Assembly (NCBI GenBank): GCA_963771175.1 | Contig: CAVYSY010000009.1 | Location: 1-61,641, forward strand | Direction of reading: 5' to 3' | Length of the DNA: 61,641 nucleotides | DNA from: an uncultured delta proteobacterium | GTDB taxonomy: Bacteria; Myxococcota; Myxococcia; Myxococcales; Myxococcaceae | In this document: one piece after another, positions 21,279 to 31,076 of the stretch | Position numbering within the stretch: position 1 is the stretch's first letter | Layout of the letters: every line of letters starts with the position of its first letter | Translations under genes and position numbers: made by a program | Notes under the pieces: generated by a model | The model's database searches: none | What the model was told of the DNA's origin: nothing | Seen by the model: only the letters and a program-made list of their open reading frames with translations

Positions 21279-23996
21279 TTACGGGCGCGAGAGGAAGCGC
21301 GTCAGGCCGGGCTGGAGCGACTCGCGCTGGGCGATGCAGAGGTCCACGCCCTCCAGCGTCTGCGCGAGTATCTTCGGGCCGCCGGGGTATTGGGGGGCGC
21401 GGTCCTTGAAGAAGGCCTCCACGTCCTGACGGTGCGCGGTGTCGCAGAAGGCCCCACCCAGTGACGGCATGTGGCCACCGACCTCGTGCGGCATCCGGGC
21501 CATCAGCGCATCGAAGTGGTCCTTTACGTAGGTGTAGAAGTGCTCGCGCGTGGACTCGTGGTTCAGCATCCCATTGACGAAGCCGCCGATGACCTCGAAC
21601 GTGGAGAAGTCCTGGGAGATGAGCAGGTCGGTGCTGGCGCGGGCGAGCACCGGGTCGCGGAAGGAGCCCAGCGCGGAGAGCAGGTTGTGGCGCTCGGCCG
21701 GGTCCGTCGTCTTCCGGGCCTCGGCCAGCATTCGCTGGTGAAGCGAGGCATCCCCCTTCTCAGCTGCCAGTTGCAGCACCACCTCCACCAGCTCCGGCGA
21801 GAGGGCGCGGCGATCCTCCAGCCACTTGCGCGCCAGCGTGCGGGCCTCGGCCAGGAGTGCCTCGTCTTCACCCAGGAGGGCCACGGCCTTCACCAGGGAG
21901 GGGCGCAGCAGGCTCGTGGCCTCGTCCTCGCCCGGGCGCGGCCGCAGGCCGAGCGCGTGTGCCTTGTCCCCGAAGGTGCGGCGCACGAAGGCCGCGTACC
22001 TGGGCCGCAGCGCCTCGGGGAGGTGCTCGCGTCGCACCGAGCCCACCATTCTCAGCGCGGTGGTGAGGAGATCCCTGTCATCCGTGGGCAGCAGGCGCGT
22101 CACCACCCCGAGTGCCTCGTCCACCGGCAGCGCGTTGCCCGCCATCAGCGCCTGCGCGTCACCGAGCAGGCCCATGCGCTCGGACAGGGTGAGCTGCCTG
22201 CCCCCGTCTCGGGTGAGCCGGCTCAGCAGGTCGCCCTCCAGCTTCGTGTGGTAGTAGCCGCGCGCGTCCGCACTGGGGACGACCCAATCGGGGCAGCCGG
22301 TGGCGCCCGTGAGCACCAGCTCGCCCGTCCTCTCGGTGAGGAGCGTGCAGGCCCGAGCCTCCTGCTTGCCGGTGCCGTAGCGCACGCACACGGGCACCCG
22401 CCACGTCTGGGCCTCGGTGCTCGCGCCCTGGGAGCCCACGGGGAGGAAGCGGCGCTGGGCCAGCGTCAGCTTCGGGGGCGCACCCGCCGGGCACTGGAGC
22501 CCCATGGAGACGAGCGGCACGCCGGGCTGGTCCAGGAAGGTGGAGAGGGCGGACGTCACGTCGGTGCCCGCGGCCTTGGAGAGGGACTGGAAGAAGTCGG
22601 CCGCGGTGGCGTTGCCCTCGGCGTGCTCGCGCATGTGGAGGCGCACGCCCTCGCGGAAGCGCTCCGGGCCCACCCACGCCTCGAACATGGAGAGCACCGA
22701 GGCGCCCTTGGCGTAGGTGATGTCGCCGTCGAAGGCGGTGAGGATGTCGCCCTCGCTCTCGACGGGCTGGTGGATGCGGCGCGTGGTGACGAGCCGGTCC
22801 TTCGTCATCGCCTGGGCGCGCTTGCGCACGCGCTCGGCGTCCATGTTCCACGCCGGTTGCCACTGGTCCGTCACCTTCACGGAGAGCCAGTCCGCGAAGG
22901 ACTCGTTGAGCCAGGTGTCATCCCACCAGGCCAGGGTGACGAGGTTGCCGAACCACTGGTGCGCCAGTTCGTGCGCCTGTATCTGGGCGAAGCGGCGCTG
23001 GCGCAGCAGCGTGTCCTGCTCGGGCCGGGCCAGCAGCAGCGGCATCTGGAAGGTGATGAGGCCCGGGTTCTCCATGGCCCCGAAGAGGACCGGCTGGGGA
23101 ATGGCCAGCACGTCCAGCTTCTCGTAGGGGTAGGGCATGCCGAAGTAGTCCTCCAGCAGCCCCACCAGTGGCGGCGTGGCCTGGGCGGCGTAGGCGGCCT
23201 CGGCCTTCCGGCCCCTCGGCACCACGATGCGCACCGGCGTGCCCTTCTTGCCCGCGGGCGCGGCGTCCACCGTCTCGAAGGGGCCCACCGCGAAGGCCAG
23301 CACCTCGCTCGGCAGCGGCGGCGTGGGCCGGAAGCGCACCGTCTTCCACCCGTCCGGCCCCGGCTCCTCGGAGGCCACCGGCGTGTTGGAGAAGGCCCGC
23401 TGGTTCTGGGGCACCCGCAGCGTGAGCTGCCACGGCACCTTGAAACCGGGCTCGTCGAAGCACGGCACCGCCCGGCGAGCGTCATCCGGCTGGAACTGCG
23501 TGATGGCGTACCAGGTGTCCCCGTCCTTCTGGCGGAAGAGGCCCGTGGTCTCCTTCGCCGACGCGGTGCCCTGGTACACCACGCGGAGCGTCGCGCTCCC
23601 CGGGCCCACCGGGCGCTCCAGCAGGAAGCCGAGGAAGCTGTCTCCCTCCGTCACCGTCCGTGCTGGCTGCGACTGGCCTCCCGCCGTGAGCGTGGCCTCC
23701 TTCACCGTCAGGCCCTCGCCGTGCAGCCAGAGCTGCCGCGTGGACTCGGACAGTTCGAGGGCGATGTCCACCACCCCGTTGAAGGACTCCTGCTCCGGGC
23801 TCACCGTGAGCTCCACCTGATAGCCCGTGGGCTTCACGGTGGTGCCCAGACGGAAGGCCGGGGGGCGCGGAGTCTCGGCCGCCGGAGCGGGGGAGGGGTC
23901 CGCGAGGGGCGTGGAGGTGGTGGCCTGCTGTGGCGTGGCACAGGCCAGCGTGAGCGTGAGCAGTGCCCACGGAGTGCGATGGAGGCGGACGTTCAT
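21279..23996 (-). CDS. M1 family aminopeptidase lipoprotein with ERAP1-like C-terminus
   Basis: Lipobox LTLAC, GAMEN, HELAHQWFGNLVT..WW..WLNES, YAKG. Confidence 0.95.
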   Translation of the reverse strand: MNVRLHRTPWALLTLTLACATPQQATTSTPLADPSPAPAAETPRPPAFRLGTTVKPTGYQVELTVSPEQESFNGVVDIALELSESTRQLWLHGEGLTVKEATLTAGGQSQPARTVTEGDSFLGFLLERPVGPGSATLRVVYQGTASAKETTGLFRQKDGDTWYAITQFQPDDARRAVPCFDEPGFKVPWQLTLRVPQNQRAFSNTPVASEEPGPDGWKTVRFRPTPPLPSEVLAFAVGPFETVDAAPAGKKGTPVRIVVPRGRKAEAAYAAQATPPLVGLLEDYFGMPYPYEKLDVLAIPQPVLFGAMENPGLITFQMPLLLARPEQDTLLRQRRFAQIQAHELAHQWFGNLVTLAWWDDTWLNESFADWLSVKVTDQWQPAWNMDAERVRKRAQAMTKDRLVTTRRIHQPVESEGDILTAFDGDITYAKGASVLSMFEAWVGPERFREGVRLHMREHAEGNATAADFFQSLSKAAGTDVTSALSTFLDQPGVPLVSMGLQCPAGAPPKLTLAQRRFLPVGSQGASTEAQTWRVPVCVRYGTGKQEARACTLLTERTGELVLTGATGCPDWVVPSADARGYYHTKLEGDLLSRLTRDGGRQLTLSERMGLLGDAQALMAGNALPVDEALGVVTRLLPTDDRDLLTTALRMVGSVRREHLPEALRPRYAAFVRRTFGDKAHALGLRPRPGEDEATSLLRPSLVKAVALLGEDEALLAEARTLARKWLEDRRALSPELVEVVLQLAAEKGDASLHQRMLAEARKTTDPAERHNLLSALGSFRDPVLARASTDLLISQDFSTFEVIGGFVNGMLNHESTREHFYTYVKDHFDALMARMPHEVGGHMPSLGGAFCDTAHRQDVEAFFKDRAPQYPGGPKILAQTLEGVDLCIAQRESLQPGLTRFLSRP

Positions 23997-24079
23997 GGAG
24001 TTCCCTCGATTGGGTGGCGAGAGAACGAACGGGCCTCCGTCCTATTGCCCGGGAAAACCCTGGGGACGGGGAGAGGGGC

Positions 24080-25245
24080 TCAGCCCTGCACGGGGTACTG
24101 GGCGAGCAGCGCCAGCAGCTCCTCTCCATAGAGCTGGACGCGCTTCTCCCCGATGTAGGGCACCGTCCGCAGCTCCTCGAGGCTGGCCGGTGGCCGTGAC
24201 ACGAGCGTGTCGAAGACCGGGTTGGGCATCACCACCGACGGCGTCACCTTGCGCGCTCCCGCCTTCTCTCCGCGCCACGCCTTCACCGCTTCCTCGCGCT
24301 TGCGCCGGTTCGGGTCCTTCGGGCCCTTCTGCTCCGCCTCCGGCTTCAGCTCGCCCCGGCGCGACCTCTCCAGTATCTCGCGCACGAGCGCCAGCACCTC
24401 GTCCCCGTGCGACCGCACGAAGCCCCCGCGCACGCCCGCCGCCCTCGCCAGCTCCTTCGCATTGCCCGGCGGTTTCACCGCGATGTCCGAGATGGCCATG
24501 TTGGAGAGCATTCGTCCCATGGGGATGTTCTCCGCCTCGGCCCACTCCAGCCGCTTGCGGTGCAGCGCCTGGGCGATGGTGTTGCCCAGCAACAACTGCG
24601 CCGGCGTCAGCCCCGCCTTCGGCAGGCGCGGCTTGAAGTCCGCTCCCACGTCCGGCCGCGCCGCCGCCTCGTCGCACATGCGCTCGCAGTCCAGCAGCAC
24701 CTCCTCGAGGATGTCCGCCTTGCGGCACTCCTCGCGCACCTGGCGGCCCAGCTCCACGAGGTAGCGCACGTCGTTGGCGATGTAGTCCCGCATCCCCGGG
24801 GGCAGCGGCCGCAGCGAGAAGTCCGACTGCTGGTGCTCCTTCGGCAGCTCCACCCCCAGCCGCTCGCGCGCCAGGTCCGCCAGCCCCACCTTGGGCCATC
24901 CCAGCAGCGTCGCCGCCCGGTGGGTGTCGAAGAGGCCCCTCACCCGCACGCCCGCCTCGGCCAGGTAGGGCAGGTCTCCCGACGCGGCGTGGAAGAACTT
25001 GGTCCGCCCGGGTCCCCCATCACCGGCGCCAGCAGCGAGGGCTCCACCCCCGGCTGCAGCGTGTCGAAGAGGAAGACGTCCTCGTCCGTGCCCACCTGGA
25101 GGAAGCACAGGCGGGCGCGAAAGGCGTGCATCGCGTCCGCCTCCACGTCCACGGCCAGCTCCGGGGCGGCTTCGAGCTTCCGGGCGGCCGCTTGGGCTCC
25201 CGGCATATCCACTACATCCTGCGCACCTTGAGGGAAGGTCGGCAT
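24080..25245 (-). CDS. rnd: Ribonuclease D (DEDDy exonuclease plus HRDC), frameshift near 25010
   Basis: AVDVEADAMHAF, KFFHAASGD, LFDT, QQSDFSLRPL, YIANDV; C-terminal HRDC. Confidence 0.88.
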
Positions 25246-25324
25246 CGAGAAGAGCAGGCTAGCGGACCGGGTGTGTACGTGTAGCGTGTTTTTTCCGCCG
25301 CCGCCGCTAGGATGACAACCGCCG

Positions 25325-26167
25325 ATGAACCCCGACGTCCTTCGCCTCGAAAAGAACCTGCTCGGCCACATGGGTCGAGCCATCGCGGATTACCACCTCA
25401 TCTCCGAGGGGGACCGCATCATGGTCGGTGTGTCTGGTGGGAAGGACTCGTACACCATGCTCTACCTGCTCCGGGAGTTGCAGCGCCGCGCCCCGGTCAA
25501 GTTCGAGCTGCTGGCGGTGAACCTGGACCAGGGCCACCCCGGCTTCCCGGCGGACAAGCTGGAGAACTGGTTCAAGAGCGAGGGCTTCGCCTACAAGATG
25601 CTCAAGGAGGACACCTACTCGGTCGTCCTCGAGAAGACGCCCCCGGGCAAGACGCAGTGCACCGTGTGCTCCCGGCTGCGGCGCGGCATCCTCTATACGG
25701 CGGCGGTGGAGCTGGGCTGCACCAAGATTGCCCTCGGTCACCACCGGGACGACCTCGTCCACACCCTGCTGCTCAACCTCTTCTTCGCCGGCTCGCTCAA
25801 GGCCATGCCGCCCATCCTCAAGAGCGATGATGGGCGCAACACGGTCATCCGCCCGCTGTGCTACGCGCCGGAGAAGGAGATCGCCGCCTACGCCGAGGCC
25901 CGGCGGTTCCCCATCATCCCGTGCGACCTGTGCGGCTCGCAGGAGAACCTGCAGCGCCAGCGGATGAAGCGGCTGGTGGAGGAACTGGGCAAGGAGATTC
26001 CCAACGTCCGCCAGAGCGTGCTCAACGCGATGGGCAACGTGCGGCCCAGCCACCTGCTGGACAAGAGCCTGTTCGATTTCGAGTTTTCCGAAGGCACGCC
26101 CGGGGAGCAGCAGCCCGAGGGCACCAAGACGGCAGCAACAACAATGGGAGGGTTGGCGGATGCCTAG
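25325..26167 (+). CDS. ttcA: tRNA 2-thiocytidine(32) synthetase
   Basis: SGGKDS PP-loop, [32 protein letters not shown]. Confidence 0.95.
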   Translation: MNPDVLRLEKNLLGHMGRAIADYHLISEGDRIMVGVSGGKDSYTMLYLLRELQRRAPVKFELLAVNLDQGHPGFPADKLENWFKSEGFAYKMLKEDTYSVVLEKTPPGKTQCTVCSRLRRGILYTAAVELGCTKIALGHHRDDLVHTLLLNLFFAGSLKAMPPILKSDDGRNTVIRPLCYAPEKEIAAYAEARRFPIIPCDLCGSQENLQRQRMKRLVEELGKEIPNVRQSVLNAMGNVRPSHLLDKSLFDFEFSEGTPGEQQPEGTKTAATTMGGLADA

Positions 26168-26987
26168 AGAACAGGCGGTGAGTGCGCGCAGGGATCGGAA
26201 CGCCGCGCTGGTGGAGGTGATGCTGCTGTCGGCCATGGCCGATGGCCGGGTCTCGCAGCTCGAGATGCAGACGCTGCTGCGCCGCGTCATCGAGCGCCCC
26301 GAGTTCGAGGGCACGAAGCCCGAGGAGCTCAACGCGCTGGTGGAGGCGAGCGCCCAGCGGCTGTCCAAGGCGCACGACCTGGAGGAGATTCTCGCCTCGC
26401 TGCGCGCGCGGCTGCCGGACCACAAGAACCGGATGCTGGCCTTCGGGCTGGCGGCGTCCATCGCGTTCTCGGACCACCGGGCCACGCGCACGGAGCTGGG
26501 GCTGCTCAAGACGTTCCAGGCGGCGCTGGGCATCTCCGAGGACGAGGTGGCTCAAATCGTCGACGTCATCGAGGGCGGAGGCAGCCTGGCGGAGGCGCTG
26601 GGCGAGCCGCTGGAGCGCCTGTACGCCGAGGTGATGGTGCTGGTGAGCGCGGCGGACGGGCACCTGAAGGAGGCGGAGGCGCGGGCGCTGGTGGAGAGCT
26701 TCGCGTCGGACCCGCTCTTCCACAACGTGAGCCCCGAGCGTGCCCAGGCCTTCGTGAGCGAGTCGGTGTCGGCACTGGCCGCCGAGGGGCTGCCACAGCG
26801 GCTGCAGGCGATGGCGCGCGGGCTGTCGACGCACGCCCAGCGGCTGAAGGCCTACCAGCTGGCGACGAAGATCGCCCACGCGGGCGGACAGGAGCCGAGC
26901 CTGAGCGAGCTGCGCATCCTCCATATGCTCCAGGCGACCTTCGGGCTGGCGGACGACGAAGTCGCGCGGCTCGACCGCGAGGCGTAG
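26160..26987 (+). CDS. Tandem TerB-domain protein
   Basis: Two repeats: [11 protein letters not shown] and [11 protein letters not shown]. Confidence 0.8.
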   Translation: MPREQAVSARRDRNAALVEVMLLSAMADGRVSQLEMQTLLRRVIERPEFEGTKPEELNALVEASAQRLSKAHDLEEILASLRARLPDHKNRMLAFGLAASIAFSDHRATRTELGLLKTFQAALGISEDEVAQIVDVIEGGGSLAEALGEPLERLYAEVMVLVSAADGHLKEAEARALVESFASDPLFHNVSPERAQAFVSESVSALAAEGLPQRLQAMARGLSTHAQRLKAYQLATKIAHAGGQEPSLSELRILHMLQATFGLADDEVARLDREA

Positions 26988-27011
26988 TAGGAGGACGACC
27001 GGCTCCCGACC

Positions 27012-27833
27012 ATGTCCGTCTCTCCTCCCTCGCAGCCGCGCTTCTCCTTCCGTTTCGGCTTGCCGCCCTCGCTGGGCAGTGAGCAGGCGCGTGGGCGGGC
27101 CGAGCAACTGGCCGCCTCCATCGAGCGGGCCCTGGGCCGGCGGGTGGAGGTGACGGTGGCGGCCAGCTACGAGGCGCTGGCGAAGGACCTGCTGGCGGGC
27201 CGAGCGGACGCGGTGTGGGCGCCGCCCTTCGTGTGCGCGCGGGTGGAGGCCATGGGCGTGCGGGTGCTCGCGCGCGGGGTGCGGCATGGGCGCTCGTCGT
27301 ACCGCTCGGCGCTGGTGGCGCGGGCGGGCTCGGGGCTGACGCTGGAGACGCTCCAGGGCTCGCGCGTGGCGTGGGTGGACCGCGATTCGGTGGGGGGCTA
27401 CCTGCTGCCGGCCGCGTACCTGAAGGCCAAGGGGCTGGAGCCGGCGCGGACGTTCACCTCGCAGCAGCTCACGGGCTCGTACCGGGCGGCGCTGGAGTCG
27501 GTGCTGGCCGGGGCGGTGGACGTGGCGTGCGTCTTCTGCCCGCCGGAGTCCACGGGCTTCACCTACGCGGACGGCGTGGAGGTGGTGCTGCCCGGGCAGG
27601 GAGGCGCGTTCGAGCTCATCACCTACACCGAGGAGGCGCCCAACGACGGCGTGCCGGTGGGCATGAGCGTGGCGCCGGAACTGGCGAACCAGTTGGAGCG
27701 CGCGCTGCTCGGGTTGCACGAGAGCGAGGAAGGGCGTCGCCTGCTGGAGGACATCTTCACGGCGGAGCGCTTCGAGCCGGCGCCGCGCATGGGCTACCGG
27801 GCCCTCTACCGCGTGGCCCTCGCGAGCCTCTGA
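27012..27833 (+). CDS. PhnD/SsuA-like phosphate/phosphonate-binding-fold protein
   Basis: YRSALV, AWVDRDSVGGYLLP, GSY.AALESV, PND. Confidence 0.8.
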   Translation: MSVSPPSQPRFSFRFGLPPSLGSEQARGRAEQLAASIERALGRRVEVTVAASYEALAKDLLAGRADAVWAPPFVCARVEAMGVRVLARGVRHGRSSYRSALVARAGSGLTLETLQGSRVAWVDRDSVGGYLLPAAYLKAKGLEPARTFTSQQLTGSYRAALESVLAGAVDVACVFCPPESTGFTYADGVEVVLPGQGGAFELITYTEEAPNDGVPVGMSVAPELANQLERALLGLHESEEGRRLLEDIFTAERFEPAPRMGYRALYRVALASL

Positions 27834-27840
27834 GTCCTTC

Positions 27841-28290
27841 TCACTCCGCCGTGCTTCCCTCGGGTCTCGAGGGAGTGGGGCTCTGGGACATTCCCGTCTG
27901 CAGCTTTTCCAGCAGGCGCTTGAGCTCGCGCATCTCCGAGGTGGTCAGGTGCTGCTGCACCTCCTCATCCAGTGAATGCTCCGCTGCTTCCAGGTGCTCC
28001 AGCTCCTGCTGACCGGCCGGGGTGCTCTCCAGTCGCACGCAGCGGCGATCCTCCCCCGCGCAGCGCTTCACCAGCCCGTCCTCTTCCAACCGGTCCACCA
28101 GCCGGCTCACCGCGGGGGCGTCCACCATCATCCGTTCCGCGAGGGTGGCCTGACTGCGCACCCCCTCCACGGCGATGAACTTCAGCGCCACGAGCTGCAT
28201 GAAGGGCCTGCTCGTCTGCTCTCCAAGTCGCGGGATGAGCCGCCGGATCAGGAGGCGACGTAAACGGGCCACTTGCACCATGAGGGTCAT
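27841..28290 (-). CDS. MarR family transcriptional regulator
   Basis: SQATLA..VDAPAVSRLVDRLEEDGLV.R..EDRR; divergent from the efflux operon. Confidence 0.92.
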   Translation of the reverse strand: MTLMVQVARLRRLLIRRLIPRLGEQTSRPFMQLVALKFIAVEGVRSQATLAERMMVDAPAVSRLVDRLEEDGLVKRCAGEDRRCVRLESTPAGQQELEHLEAAEHSLDEEVQQHLTTSEMRELKRLLEKLQTGMSQSPTPSRPEGSTAE

Positions 28291-28311
28291 TCAACGTAAA
28301 GATGGTTGCTT

Positions 28312-28328
28312 TTGACAACAATTGTCAA
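28312..28328. promoter_or_regulatory. Palindromic operator TTGACAA-CAA-TTGTCAA (probable MarR site, containing -35 hexamers)
   Basis: Perfect 7-bp inverted repeat with TTGACA on both strands, in the AT-rich marR/tolC divergent region. Confidence 0.7.
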
Positions 28329-28410
28329 TGGCATCTTAAACGGGCTGGCCTTATAGGGGCGCAACCGCGCGGCCCGTGCAGCGACTCCTTCTTTCTCCCT
28401 ACGCCCTGGC

Positions 28411-29808
28411 ATGCACTCTTCTTTCGTCATCCTCCTGGTGCTCGCCACCGCCGCGAAGCTCGCCGACCCGACGGCCTCCCTGCCGTCGCCGGCTCCCTTC
28501 CAGCCACACGTGGAGGACCCGATGCTCACCCCGGTTCCTCCCGCCCAGCAGCAGGTGGAGAGCTGGGACGAGGCGCTCTCGCTGGTGCGCGAGCGCTCCA
28601 CGGACCTCCGGACCGCGGAGGCCAATGTCCAGCGCGCCGAGGGCCGCTGGCGCCAGTCCCGGGCCGCGCTGTTGCCCAACGTGCGCGCCTCGGTGGGCAC
28701 CGGCCTCGACGTGCTCAACCCCGAGAGCCCCATCCTTGTGTTGGGCTCGGGCGCCGCGGGCGTCGCCCAGGGCCGGCAGCAGGATGGAACCGGGCCCACC
28801 GTGCCGCTGGTGACGGGCGCGGTGTCGCTGTCGCAGTCGCTGGTGGATTTCGGCGCCTGGCGCGGGCTGTCCTCGGCCCGGGCCGCCGAGACGGGCGCCG
28901 TGGCCAATCTCCAGGACGTGCGGCGCCGGCTCACCCTGGGGCTGGCGCGGGTGCTGGTGGCCACGGTGGCCGCCGAGCGCGTCGCGGAGATCAACCGCGT
29001 GGGCCTGCGTCAGGCCCTCGAGCGCGCCGCGCTCACCCAGCGCACCTTCGAGCTGGGCGCGAGCAACCAGTTGGACGTGGTGCGCGTGAACCAGGACGTG
29101 GCGCTGGCGCGCGGGGCCCTCGTCTCCGGAGACGAGCAGCTGCGCCGGGCCCGCGAGGCGCTCGGCCTGTCACTGGGCTTCGACCATGCGCTGGGCGTGC
29201 GGCCCTCCTTCAACCTGCAGGGGCTGGTGGAGATGACCCGCAAGGTCTGTGCGCCGCTGGAGAGCGTGAGCGCACGGCCGGACCTCGTCGCCGCGCGCTC
29301 CCAGGTGGAGGCGGCGCGTGACAGCAAGCGCCAGGCCTCCGCCGGCTACCTGCCCACGCTCGGCCTCTCCAGCTCCCTCCATGGCTTCACCACCGAGCCG
29401 GGCCCCGGGCGGCTGGCCACCTGGAATATCGCCGCCGTGCTGTCGGTCCCTCTGTGGGAAGGCGGCCTGAGGGGCGGGCTGGTGCGCGAGCGGCAGGGCA
29501 TCGAGCAGCAGGCCTCCGAATCCCTGGAGCGCACCCGGCGCGACGTGATGGTGGAGGTGGAGCGGGCGCGGCGGAGCGTGGAGGTGGCCGAGGCGCTGGT
29601 GAAGACGGCGGCCGAGGCACGAGCGCTGGCGGAACGGGCCGACCAGCTCACCCGCCGCTCCTTTGAAGTGGGTCGCGGCAACAGCCTCGAGCTGGTGCAG
29701 AGCGGAGCGGCCTTGCGCCAGGCGGAGCTGGCGCTGGCGCTGCGTGAATTCGAGCTTGTCCAGGCGCGCCTGGACGCATTCTTGACGGAGGCCCGGTGCG
29801 ACTGGTGA
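28411..29808 (+). CDS. TolC family outer membrane efflux protein
   Basis: Signal peptide, two OEP repeats (ALLPNV, YLPTL, VPLWEGG). Confidence 0.9.
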   Translation: MHSSFVILLVLATAAKLADPTASLPSPAPFQPHVEDPMLTPVPPAQQQVESWDEALSLVRERSTDLRTAEANVQRAEGRWRQSRAALLPNVRASVGTGLDVLNPESPILVLGSGAAGVAQGRQQDGTGPTVPLVTGAVSLSQSLVDFGAWRGLSSARAAETGAVANLQDVRRRLTLGLARVLVATVAAERVAEINRVGLRQALERAALTQRTFELGASNQLDVVRVNQDVALARGALVSGDEQLRRAREALGLSLGFDHALGVRPSFNLQGLVEMTRKVCAPLESVSARPDLVAARSQVEAARDSKRQASAGYLPTLGLSSSLHGFTTEPGPGRLATWNIAAVLSVPLWEGGLRGGLVRERQGIEQQASESLERTRRDVMVEVERARRSVEVAEALVKTAAEARALAERADQLTRRSFEVGRGNSLELVQSGAALRQAELALALREFELVQARLDAFLTEARCDW

Positions 29809-30990
29809 GACGGGTGCGCCCCCTGAAGGCGCTGATGATGACGATGTGGGGGGCCGCGCTGGTGGTGGGGGCCGTGGGCTGCTCGGGGAAGCCGGCGGCA
29901 CCGGCCGCTCCGCCTCCGCGCGAGGTGGAGGTGGTGACAGCTCGTCCCCAGCGAGGTGCGCGACACCAGTGAGTACCTGGGCTCGCTCCTGTCGCGGCAG
30001 AGCGTCAACGTGCTGCCGCAGGTGGCGGGCTACGTGCGCCGCATCCACGTGCGTCCCGGCCAGAAGGTGGAGGAGGGCACGCCGCTCATCGAGGTGGACG
30101 CCCGCGAGGAGACGGCCGCGCTCGACAGCGCCCAGGCCCAGCACAACTCCACGGAGGTGAACCTGGAGCTGGCGCGGCGGACGTTCGCCCGCACCGAGGC
30201 GCTCTATAAGGAGGGCCTCGCGAGCGCCCAGGAGATGGAGCGCGCCCAGGCCCAGGTGGAGGCGGCCGACGCGGCCTCGCGCTCCACCGCCGCCCAGGTG
30301 ACGCAGCGCCAGGTGCAGCTCCAGTTCCACGTGGTGCGCGCCCCCTTCTCCGGCACGGTGGGCGATGTGCTGGTCCGCGTGGGTGACTTCGTGGGGGCCA
30401 CGACGCCGCTCACCAGCGTGGCGCAGGCGGACGTGCTCGAGGTGAGCGTGGCGGTGCCGTCCGAGCGCGCCCGCTCGCTCAAGCCCGACACGCAGCTCGA
30501 GGTGCTCGACTCCCAGGGCAAGGTGTTGCTCACCAGCACGCTCTTCTTCGTGGCCCCGCAGGCCGATCCCCGCACCCAGCTCGTGGAGGTGAAGGCGGCC
30601 TTCCGCAACACCGGGGGCCTGCGCCCCAGCGAGCTGGTGCGGACGCGCATCGTCTACTCCACCCGCGAGGCCCTGCAGCTCCCGGCGCTCGCCGTGGTGC
30701 GCCTGAGCGGCCAGCCCTTCGCCCTCGTGGTGCAGGAGAAGGACGGCAAGACGGTGGTGTCGCGCCGCCCGGTGAAGCTCGGGGTGCTCGGGGAGATGGC
30801 CTACGTGGTGGAGTCGGGGTTGAAGGAGGGCGACGTGGTGGCCGTCTCCTCGCTGCAGGCGCTGCGCGATGGGGCTCTCGTGAAGGTGAAGCCGAGCGTA
30901 CCCGGGCCCCGCGCCGAGACGGTCTCGAAGCAGGGCGTCGCGGGAGACTCCGGGGCCGGGGGCGGAGGCGCCACCGGGGGCAGCCGCTAG
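29805..30990 (+). CDS. RND periplasmic adaptor (MFP), frameshift near 29940
   Basis: GTGA overlap with tolC; lipobox AVGC; VLPQVAGYV, VRAPFSG, LRPSELV. Confidence 0.88.
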
Positions 30991-31076
30991 GTCGCCGCTG
31001 AGCGACAGCAGGACCGGGCCGCGCGGAGAGGGGCGCGTGGCCCGGCCACAGCCAAGACAATGAGGGCTTGAACGCC

